Assembly: GCA_977018835.1 (NCBI GenBank)
Contig: OZ361258.1
Coordinates: forward strand, 806,001 to 870,000
DNA length: 64,000 nucleotides
Origin: Minutocellus sp. GHC0000111
Taxonomy: Eukaryota
Direction: 5' to 3'
A program made the translations under genes and the position numbers. Positions 56,001 to 64,000 of this stretch are shown here, piece after piece. The notes under the pieces were generated by a model. The model did not search any database, was not told the DNA's origin, and saw only the letters and a list, made by a program, of their open reading frames with translations. Each line of letters opens with the position of its first letter. The stretch's first letter is position 1.

Positions 56001-58229
56001 GTGGGTGGCCCCCACATGAGAAGTTCCTGCGATAGGAGTGGTCGCACCGGAATCGACGGCCTCATCGTCCACGGCAATCTCTTCGTCGTTTGCTTCATCG
56101 CTGCCAACTGATTCTTCTTCAGCCGGACCGCCCGATAGTACAGCGTCAGATTCACGTGGAGAGGCCTCAGCCTTCTTTGTACTCGCCTCCACTTTGTCGG
56201 TGTCCTCGAGATTGTAAGAGAATTGCTGATACTGATCATGTTCAACTTCACTGGTCTTGACTTGATCTGTCTTCATCGATCCAGTCCCCTCTGATGCTCG
56301 CCTTTCACCTGGATCGGGCTGACTTGGAATATGCGTCGAGGCTGCGTCAATGATGTTCTCAGAAGAACCCTCTACAGCCGAACTTTGGTCCTGAATCGTC
56401 ACGGACAAAGATTCTTTATTCAACCCAGGCGAATTGGCGGGCAGCGGATTTATTGCCATAATGTTATTTGTTGTTGTTTCGAGGGGAATGTCGTCATTGA
56501 CGCCAGGATGCAGATGGGATGCATTAGCAGCACTCGAAGCACCACCATACTTCGTATTTAGCATACCGTTTGTTGGATCAGGCTCATCTGCACTATCTTT
56601 TGGGACGACTCCGACGTTGGACTCCTCACCATCTTTTGGAGAAGTGTGCTCAGTGATACCAACGCTGCCTCCACTTGTCTCGTTCCCTAATGCACCAGAT
56701 CCAGTACTGAGGCTAGCTAGATCAGAATCAACTTGCTCTCCCTTGCACCTTGGTGCACCTATCACAGGTGACGGTCTCGTTTTCTCTGTCGCGACATCAC
56801 CCTCTGCCACCTGGAAATCAAACGCACGAGGCGCCTCACCATCACCACCATCACCGCCAATTGGTGCCGGCTCTAGCAAGGCGCCGCTACCGCTCGCATC
56901 ATCCTTTCCTTCTTCTAGTTCCGTGGCCATATTATCATTTTCACCTCCTTCCAATTCAGGAGCTCGATCTGATGAAGGTGATGCTAACCTAGCCGCACCC
57001 TGTGTATTGCCGTTCTTGCTGGCAATACCACCGGCGTCTGCAGTCGCATCAGCTGGTGCAACTCCTTCATTCTCAAAAGGGTCAGCTGGCGGTAGCTCTT
57101 TCGCTGTGTCTTTCTCTTGCATCTCTACTCTTGTAGCACATGATTTCGGCCGGCCCACCGCGACTTTCGCCTCGAGCGGTCCAGAATCGGATAATTCCTT
57201 CCGTTTTTGCGCCGAACCACTTCCACCCATGCCCTGGTCATGGCCACCGCATCGATCGAATACCCGAACCTGCAACAATTTCACATCTTGACGGTTGAGA
57301 CCGTCATCGTCAGAATGTATGCTTTCAGAAATATCAGAAGCAGCAGCAACAGCAGGAGCAGAAGTAGTAGTGGGCGGTGGGATGGGTGACTTTGATCGGG
57401 ACCTGCTACTGCTGCCACCATTGCCAGTGCTGCGACCACCGCTACTCCTACTCTTGCTCCGACTGCTACTGCCCTTGCCGCTCTTACTGCCACCTTTACT
57501 ACTGCTTTTCCCACCCTGCTGTTTCTTCTGCTTCCTTTTGCGGAGCCACTCCGAGACAGAGGTGCTGGAGGAGGAATGAGATTTTCCCCGAGATTTTTTC
57601 GAAGAGGATGGCGTTGATTCCATCCTAACGGCAGCAGCAGCTGTAGCTGTAGCATCGACAATGGGCTTTCCATCGCCATCGCCATTGCGATTATCCTCGT
57701 CATTGCTCGCACGTGCCCTCTTCTTGCCACCGCCATCACCCGAGGCATACTCCGATGATACCGATGGCGCCGGTGCCAAAGCAGCCTCAACCTTAGTTTC
57801 AGCTTCAGCATCAGCCGTCACCGTGGGCTTGGCCGTCCCGCACGCCTCGCATTTGCGCTTCCTCGACGGATTGTTCAGGGTGCACCTGGTGCAGGCCCAG
57901 CCGGGGTTGGGACCGCGCTGCCTCGATCGCTTGGTGGTGTCCGAAGCGACCGATCCAGCAGCACCGCTACTTGTCGGCGAGGGTGCTCCATTGTCGGCCA
58001 CCGATCTCCGCCTCTTTCTGCCGGCGCTGGTAGATGCCGACCCGGAGGCAGTTGGTTCATTATTATTGTTGCTGCCGCCCGTGCAGGTCGTATCGGCACC
58101 ACGCCGATTGGAAGATGACGACACTGAAGGTGGTCCGCCGCCACCGCCGGCGTCCTGCAGCCTCTTGGCGTACGCGGCATCCTTCGACGTCCTTTGGCGG
58201 ACCTGGCGGCGCCCGCCGTTGCCGCTCAT
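50088..58229 (-). CDS. BRCA2: BRCA2 homolog, single exon, 2713 aa: RanBP2-type zinc finger, 14 BRC repeats, helical domain and OB folds
   Basis: FSTAGG..I.VS..A..KA..(L/I/M)F repeats; WI.NH..WI.WKL, LK.RYDREV...RPALR.IL..D...M.LCV, LELTDGWY. Confidence 0.93.
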   Translation of the reverse strand: MSGNGGRRQVRQRTSKDAAYAKRLQDAGGGGGPPSVSSSSNRRGADTTCTGGSNNNNEPTASGSASTSAGRKRRRSVADNGAPSPTSSGAAGSVASDTTKRSRQRGPNPGWACTRCTLNNPSRKRKCEACGTAKPTVTADAEAETKVEAALAPAPSVSSEYASGDGGGKKRARASNDEDNRNGDGDGKPIVDATATAAAAVRMESTPSSSKKSRGKSHSSSSTSVSEWLRKRKQKKQQGGKSSSKGGSKSGKGSSSRSKSRSSGGRSTGNGGSSSRSRSKSPIPPPTTTSAPAVAAASDISESIHSDDDGLNRQDVKLLQVRVFDRCGGHDQGMGGSGSAQKRKELSDSGPLEAKVAVGRPKSCATRVEMQEKDTAKELPPADPFENEGVAPADATADAGGIASKNGNTQGAARLASPSSDRAPELEGGENDNMATELEEGKDDASGSGALLEPAPIGGDGGDGEAPRAFDFQVAEGDVATEKTRPSPVIGAPRCKGEQVDSDLASLSTGSGALGNETSGGSVGITEHTSPKDGEESNVGVVPKDSADEPDPTNGMLNTKYGGASSAANASHLHPGVNDDIPLETTTNNIMAINPLPANSPGLNKESLSVTIQDQSSAVEGSSENIIDAASTHIPSQPDPGERRASEGTGSMKTDQVKTSEVEHDQYQQFSYNLEDTDKVEASTKKAEASPRESDAVLSGGPAEEESVGSDEANDEEIAVDDEAVDSGATTPIAGTSHVGATHSSSSEIIAQGTDTEAQSKTQRDLSAPNEDESRQEEQMSQESNNNYDAFQPLTQAVPMFEYGYELTQQQEEEVHQEPALSYPEDQVDADTTTTIADVGTGSDPGAEAENQSMPAVEEEQHVGSMASAEAEFLPKITEKPSAEPERVPPQQPFESMPKAARISAVPLFSTGGGASIPISAEAMAKANQMFEEPNSNHGATSTSLSDSDQKPADSRAVALGPASRFSTAGGSSISISAEAMKRAHIMFSDPVQKQQTEEPKEPALGAELALFSTAGGSSISVSKDSMEEVAHLFDGQSTNCQGTTVQPDPPPKAPAASVRPALFSTAGGKEIEVSDEALASACDLFNKEDQFKTIQPSSPLVPSPPSENVGLSTKAKASVETPGASTVDYGLGLATQSPSMAKNSAPIFSTAGMKREIVVDPQVVARANELLGLDERQGQPPPSSAMPALFSTAGKGLAIEVSEESLSKVNQIFEGSNSDNTIGAQGASQMGPPSGAATLFSTAGGSSISVTTDAMAKASEIFRGAAQKALVAPSKTSPVVPSVAVPPAATALFSTAAGSSIAVSDDAITRAGQLLDNTCQIQHSPPLPPAAMAASSAATLFSTAGGASISISDDATAKANQMFTGSDKDQSSSLSAQVVQPGSTVKVGDLFSTAGGSSIAVSADAMSKANQIFAGPTNEVPSSTVAKPSASLFSTAGGSSIAVSDDAMAKANQMLTEVAKALPSSSSSSSEPQSTVRASSLFSTGGGASIKVSDDALAKANQIFRMEVDKETSIDDPTPSSSLSMPPPMFSTAGNNQAISVSEQGLAKADEIFGGTHQKEIQASTISAASMFATAGQGTSISVSDDALAKANEMFAQNSSLDLPGTSSNQGEAKDTRGSTRPRIHFAETPAQPAMRRRTNRSSLGGTAAKNVNIAQHMHPAETPLPAIARGGSAQALSTKKVLFREDNYQDRSQSHGGKESSGAPANASTTGPNVAAASTAVETAAAAFTPKHTPQVSRKSAAVTRSTIVRNPYAKRPGDGPDTSPKSSSLSAVTPVPFAFKHVEGSFSGKKFSPKTLERAARILEEQPSSHSSRHSSGKSGYCSGMASASTTSRRPRHLKMDGGARGKMKLDGSDFQFSVDGTRLSLQEFDDIYGPMEDANHQACLDGGANPVLLKISSVNASKLRFDEQTGLPCAMFGAGNASGCKMVGNVQDLRRNLIAKGCDEALLVDKWIVNHFGWINWKLACTERRYPQALAGKYFTYEHVLSQLKGRYDREVANAKRPALRIILNRDASAGRLMILCVAQIHRFRIKTGSDDSSSGESNSPRPSSSKSFREELRLELTDGWYSVQAVLDLHLQSFVEQDKIKVGTKLLVAGAELAGSEDGVDPLDASYQPSRSSCPVALELVANATRRAKWDSRLGFVRPTHQIQSQDGLLLVKSMGDVIPGGGPVPLMDLIVCRHFPRSFLEKGPDGTSTILTEAQEEKRRREFDERRHREIEKISEAAEKECTREVDEQAPEQWRQMMASNAMCDYYERLSRDDKATVDRWEERRSSMINDMTRRRIDAKMQSNVSLFRSSTPFLRITVKSLQNSPPPSSTTDDDEDKERIIPNQPSATLTVWRMTEDQSNILKECTVIRIKDLAVKSELRDEMLQFSANDKTRMQAFVQQPSSRQLQYSGFSRRSFAPIIRAHVLSRKASSSRKASGAHMDFAGVLVRSEHEQHSMVHTSFSYFTDESGLLLRLQRDLDPNDESALVGWNKVLDLGQVLAFKDVLVLPFDSKANCAVVSWSQPTLQEKKGHLNDRRIKTLQKWTESEDAERTCSTVLASFDAGLPLYCRLPQRTEIAIGYILCIRPRDAADVAGGNEYMYGGQYRSVSSDHSFEVDIDCGGGSNLITATCSRAVLSQTIEMHLDPASHDGTALDLRDLLRQGGGNPSGNLAPCDMTNLNLVFTESGVLFQVMLRKQTTLLEILQISPANVGALAALYLDALK

Positions 58230-59094
58230 TTACTTACTTGGCTGGTTGACTCGTAACTTACTCGAAGGTCGCCTCTGGACTTTTGAATGATGCGACGATT
58301 GCGCTGATGTGGCTACTACAGGCGGAGCTCGCAGGTCAGCGGCTTGGAATGGAAGGCACGCCCGCGTTACAACAGCCGCAGACCCCACTGCCGCTGTTAC
58401 GTTACGTAATGACCAGCTTTATTTGCAGTCGCTCAAACGAGCTTGCGAATTACTACGTAGGAATTCCTAGTATCACTTCTCGTCATGACTGATCATCTTC
58501 GCGACAAAACCTACTACGTAAGGTAGTAAGGGGTATGACGTCACTATTTGATCAAACCGAACGTAAACGAGATACGCACGCGACAAAAACACCGGATTTG
58601 GCCTCTCGCCCTCCCGATGAATTCAATGTGTCGCATGAAGAACAATTCGAGAAACTCATTGAGCTATGGAGGATGCACTTCTCGAGAATGTGGTGAAGTT
58701 GGTGGTGGTGGTGGTGGTGGTGCTAGTGGCTCTTGGGCAAGATACGACACATGATGGCAAAGTGACACGCACGTCGTCAGTCAGTCACATGTCATCATCC
58801 CTTCCTTCTAATCTCTCTGCAATTATGATTTTTGTTTTTATGTTACGATCGTATTGATATTCGTTCTTACTGATGCAAATGAGGCTACCTATTCAATTGA
58901 ATATAATTATTGAACGGACTGTTGTGTTTAAGACCTTTGCCGATGGATCCGTCGTTGTTCAGGAGTTTCCCCTAGCTAGCTAGTAGAGGGAGAGGAGCAC
59001 GAAACTTAAAAAAATACAAACCCTGTCATTGTTGCTATATTACCACTACCATTGCCATTACCTATTTGCATGCACACATGTACATGTACACATA

Positions 59095-59117
59095 CACACA
59101 CACACATAGAGAGAGAG
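59095..59117. repeat. Short compound (CA)n/(AG)n microsatellite
   Basis: CACACACACACA TAGAGAGAGAG. Confidence 0.7.
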
Positions 59118-59363
59118 CTACGGTAAATTAAATCTATTTTACCTACCTTTAGATCTGCATGCCGGACTGCTAACCACTGCTGCTACAACATGTGTCGTCA
59201 TCCTACATGTGCATGGCAGATGTGTAGGCCACGTCTTTAGCAGTTAGTGGTTAGCGCCATCGTAGCTCATACACATGCAGGTAGCTGCTTGGCAATGATG
59301 TCTTTGAAGCTTTGAAGCCGGCAACTCATCTTGCACTTGCATGGTGGTTTTCGACAGGCTGGC

Positions 59364-60156
59364 GCTCGGATTTTGCTCGGAAAATCCGAGCTTGCGGCCT
59401 ACAGATGCGTCCCAGATTTTGCTACGTTGCGTTTCTTTGTGTAAGAGACGCGGATGTGAACTCCTAGCAGCTGCGTAGCTACGTTGCACCCCCCACCGAA
59501 GCCGGCCAAAACCACCCTTTTTTGCCAGAAGCAGAAGGGCAACTTGATGATCATTTTTGCACCCCTTTTGATGATGAGCTTTTCGACCGCGAAAAAAGTT
59601 AGCCATCAAATGACTTCCGGGGCTGTTTTAAGGCCCCTCTGTTCTTGACAGATCGAGGAACAAGCACGAACGAACTCGAGCAAACGCAAAAACAACCATG
59701 GCTGGCTCGCACCACTCTAGCCAGAGCTAGCACACCGACGTTGTCAGCAGCAGCGCGGCACGCGGGAGGCCGCGCCGCCCCCCCCCACAATGTTGAAACA
59801 GGGCGTTGAAGAAGGAGCGAAGCTCTTTCGTTCCCTTTCCCCCGGCATCAGCAATGAGAAAGTGAAGAGGGTTGGAAATTCGACCCCAAGCAATTGTTTT
59901 GACTCTCAAAACGTGTAGAGGAGGACTCCGACAGAGAGGCCCACACAACACAGCAAGAGAGCACACCACTGTCTCTGTCCAAAGCAGTAGTTTTTGCACC
60001 TCTTTTAGCACTGACGTGATTTCTATGTAAATCTCGTCATTTTTGTTGTGTGTGTTGAGGTCCGTTTTTTTTCAATGAAGCAAACCAGCATGTCGAGATC
60101 CGTCAAAATCCGGGGAGTTTCTGTCCAAAAACGGGAATCGCCGACAAAATCCGAGC
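59364..60156. mobile_element. Possible degenerate non-autonomous TIR element (~790 bp)
   Basis: GCTCGGATTTTG at 59364 is inverted to CAAAATCCGAGC ending at 60156; an internal CC(A/G)GATTTTG copy lies ~45 bp inside each end; no target-site duplication seen. Confidence 0.35.
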
Positions 60157-60530
60157 CCGTACCTACGTACGTCACGTCATAGGAAGTCCTACAGTAGAAA
60201 CGTAGGCCTACATGTCATGTAGAACCCGAGCTGGCCTGATCTACGTACTACGTTCTAGCGTACGTACGTCGTCCGTTGAAGAAACAAGACATGAAACATG
60301 ACGACATGACAAGCAGGGCTCTGTGAGAGCAAGGCAACGCAACATCTAATCTGTATCTTCGTGCCTCGATAACGATACAAGCCAAATAAATGAGGTTGCA
60401 TGCACCTCACAACGTCTCTTCATTTGGCACTTGCTGCAATTTTGGACTGCCACTGCAGAGATCTGGTTGGAATCGAATAAATAAATCCAAATCCAATCCA
60501 AGACATCTTCTCGTAGCACATCAAGAAGAT

Positions 60531-62401
60531 ATGGCGCATCTTTGCGTCAATTCGGCAGCTGGGACAGGCGCGGCGGTGCTCATCATGCTATCGCTCCTCC
60601 TCCTTCTAGCATCATCCTTGGGAGCCAATGTTTCAGACCTTTCCGCATCAGAATTACCACCAGCATCACCATCAGAACCACCATCAGCAAGCACATCGGC
60701 ACCACATTTGGATGCTCCCAGTAGAAAATCGAGCAGCCAATCCATGACATCGGCAGGATTTACTCCCTTGGACTTTCCTACCATTCCTGCCGACACTAAC
60801 GACACCAAAGATACCGACACCAAGAACGAAAAGCCAGCACAACAAAGCTCAACGAGGCCAAACATACTCATGATTGCTATTGATGATCTCAACAATTGGG
60901 TCGGATACATTGCCAATCATACAGCGAAAGGACATCCGCAAAGTCTAACGCCCAACATGGATCGACTGTCGGCAATGGGATTGTCGTTCACCAACGCCCA
61001 CGCCAGTTCGACCATCTGCAACCCGTCTCGAGCCGCAGTCTTTTCCGGCGTTAGAAGTTCCACTTCTGGCTGTTATGACAACGAAGATGTTCCATGGCAA
61101 TCATACATCAAGGAGGGAATGAGTATCAACGCCCACTTCAAACAGAATGGCTACTACGTTGCTGCGATGGGAAAGACGACCCATAGTAGTCATGGGGGAA
61201 TGGAGTCGAATCCCGAGAAAATTTACGCGGACGAATGGGATGACTACCCCAAGCGAGTCAAGCCCGCGAAGCTGTGGGATTAGATTCCTAAGGATGTGGG
61301 TTATACCCTTCCTATTGAGTTTGAGATTGGTGATGAAGAAGAACCTGACTGGCACACCACGGACTACTGTATCGACCGGCTCGGGGAAAATGCAACCGGC
61401 CGTGATGGTAAGCCGCTGTTTTTTGTTTGCGGCTATGTGAAACCACATTTGCCATGGCTCGTCCCAAAGCGATATTATGATTTATATCCAAGAAGTTCGG
61501 TAAAATTGCCGCCCTATCCATCGACCAACGATGTCAAAGAGTGGGAGTCATTTGTAATTGACGATTTGAAGGATATTCCCGAGTACGCATTGAAACACTT
61601 TGCAAAACCTGAAAAATTCTTCAGCGAGGTGATCGAGTCCGGTCGTTGGGAAGCAGCCATTCAGGCCTACCTCGCAACAATTCAATATCTAGACATGAAT
61701 CTGGGACGGCTATTGGATGCCTTTGAAGCCTCGCCCGAGAGCGACAACACAATAATTTGTCTATGGAGCGATCATGGGTATCACCATGGAGAGAAGGGTC
61801 ACTGGAAAAAGAGCACCCTATGGGAAGAGGCCTCAGATGTACCCTTCATTTGGGTGGTACCCGGTCTGACGACTTCAGGCTCCATCTCGAATGCTCCCGT
61901 AGATCTCCAATCAATCTATCCCACACTGTGCGATCTCGCCAATATTTCACGACCAGCCCATGTCGACGGCGACAATATCCGACCCCTCCTGAAAGATCCC
62001 GACGCTGAATGGAATGGAGTCGCAAAGATCAATTTTCGATACAGAAATTATGCTGTAGTTGACCGTCGATTTAGGTACATTCAATATTCCGACGGTTCAG
62101 AAGAACTTTACGACCACGATGCTGATCCGCACGAATTTACAAATCTTCCAAATGTTTCAGAATATGCCGAGACCAAGAAACGACTTTCATTGCACCTTCC
62201 AAAGGTAGACATGAAACGCTGGCACAACGGAAAGCTAGCCAAAAAGGTGGATATTTCATGCAACAAATATGATCTCACAATCATGAGGTGTCCAGACGGA
62301 GAGACCTTCGTCGGACGCAACCCCACCAAAAAGTGCAAATTCAGTCCATATGCCCTGCTGCTGCTGCAACAGCCAATGGCACTAATTCTACGTTGAATTG
62401 A
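60531..62401 (+). pseudogene. Secreted formylglycine-dependent sulfatase (iduronate/choline-sulfatase-like) with an in-frame TAG and a 3' frameshift
   Basis: PNILMIAIDDL, CNPSR (CxPxR), GK..H, KPHLPW, WSDHGYHHGEK.HW.K..LWEE, ELYDH..DP.E..NL. TAG at 61281-61283 is in frame with the downstream ORF. Confidence 0.8.
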
Positions 62402-62611
62402 GTGAATTACGAATTGGAATGACTTGAGCTGTATGTTCAACCGGTAACTAATGTAAAAATAAGTCTTTGTAGATCTAATTGGGAGCATCTGGTTGCTGGG
62501 CATACGGCCGAGGCTCGTACCATGGTAGAGGAGGCAAAATCGCTGTCGCGTTCTGTGAAAACATCGAAGTGACGACATCTCGAAACCTCTTATGAACGAG
62601 GCGCATGCGCA

Positions 62612-63980
62612 ATGGCTCTCATTTTTGCTGCAATGGCAGCGGCCGCAGACGCTGGCGTTGGCTTGGGCATCGGCCTCCTCCTCCTCAGCCTCGTCTGCCT
62701 GGGAACATGGCCAGCAGTCTTGCGCCTTTGCACCTATGCTCCTGGTGTCCGAGTCGGGGTTGAGGGAGACAATGGATGCTTCCGGCGCCTTCGACGGGTG
62801 GCCGGCCGATATGCTCAGAGTCGTCACCCCTGCCACGCGTACTTGGACTATGCCATCGCATACGTTGCCTTCTCTTCGACGGTTCCTATCATTTTGTCGC
62901 ATTTGATACCGAATGAAGAGGAATCAGAAGATGTCGCAGATATTAGCGGTGTACAGCAAGTGCCCCTAGTCCTCTCTGCCATCGTTGGCGGTTCTCTCCT
63001 TTCGCTTGGCAACATGTCGACTCAGTGGGCGACGACAGTGTATGCATCTCCACTAACGACCGTATTGGCACTGCAAGCATCTCTTACTGTCGTGTTGGGA
63101 ACCTCCATAAATTACAAATTGGAGCCATCCAAGACCGCTCGGCCCAATTTGTTGGCCTGGGGTGTCGTTTTGTTTCTTGTGGCCATTGGCTTGTCAGTGA
63201 TGGCCCACCAACTCTATTCCAACGATGAGGAGCATCGGAAGAGAGATGTGGTTCAAAGTGATGAGGATGAAGCAAACGTTGAAATAAGTATGAGAAATTT
63301 TACATCTTCGTTCGTTGTCACAAGGCCAAGGTGCTTCTGACAGGACAAAGGGGCCGGTTCGACACGATGATTATCGTGCCTGCAGGAGCGATGTTGATGC
63401 GGATAGTTTCACTACCGATGTTACCAATCAATCTCATGCACCATTGCGCTCAGTTTCTACAGCGGGTCTTGTCATCACCTTCGGTGGCGGTCTATGTTTC
63501 GGCTTCTTCTCGCCGGCCTTCAATATTGCGGTCAACAATCCGTTCGGATGGGGCACGAATGGTGAAATGACAGCCTCTGGCGGCCTTTCGGTTGCTTCGG
63601 CAAATCTTTGGTTTAGCCTGGCGTTTACATTGACATCAATTTTGTGGAATGTCTGTCTCATGAGGAATCCTCCTCGTGATGTTGACCCATCGACCTTCCA
63701 ACGATATCTTTCGGAAAGACTTATGCAGGATCGTGCTGTCGCCATATTGGCTGGACTGATATGCGCCGGAGGCAACGTCTTGCAATTCCAAGGAGGTCAT
63801 CTGGCAGGCTTTGCCACATCCGATCTTGTGCAGGCCTTTCCATTGGTTGGAACGTTTTGGGATGTCGTCATTTTTCGAGAATTTTCTGGGGCACATCGAA
63901 CCATTGTGGTCTGTCTGTGGTGTATGTATGTCGTCTACGTGAGCGGAATAATCCTTCTTGCATCAAGCGTTATGGAATAA
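62612..63980 (+). CDS. Ureide permease (UPS)-like transporter, split by a frameshift at ~63307-63340
   Basis: SL.CLGTWPA.L, H.YLDY.I, GG..LSLGN...Q.A, VVLGT.INY.L, FSPAFN.A.N, LAGLIC..GN.LQF.GG..AG.A..D.VQA.PLV.TFW match plant UPS motifs. Confidence 0.8.
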
Positions 63981-64000
63981 TTTTTGTGACAAGGAGAAGA

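Noticed and set aside
61281..61283. Pyrrolysine or genetic-code reassignment of TAG
   Set aside because: TAG, TAA and TGA all terminate other genes in this window, and the same gene has a second lesion.

Overview
Gene-dense eukaryotic nuclear DNA with short GT-AG introns and signal-peptide + ASAF-type plastid presequences, so a photosynthetic stramenopile, most likely a diatom. About 22 protein genes are visible: a SAM methyltransferase, U1-C, an alpha-carbonic-anhydrase-like protein, an EamA transporter, an ion-channel/adenylyl-cyclase fusion, a CBS protein, an HSF, a DenD-like SDR, a FAF1/C1orf131-like protein, a parvulin, a ~2600-aa double-PZP chromatin protein, a formin-like gene, a kinase-like/GT77 fusion, an acyl-CoA synthetase, a CaaX-ending disordered protein, NnrU, a PPR protein, NOP56, BRCA2 with 14 BRC repeats, a sulfatase and a ureide permease. 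There is also a MITE built from repeated 18-bp palindromes and an RTE-LINE relic. The most unusual observations are: (1) a U1-C splicing factor with all four zinc ligands replaced and a WW domain gained; (2) frameshifts or internal stops in five genes while 3-8 kb ORFs are intact, two of the breaks falling at AAA-TGA; (3) a channel-cyclase lacking its catalytic Asn/Arg; (4) a pseudokinase-glycosyltransferase fusion. All family calls come from motif recognition, not database searches.
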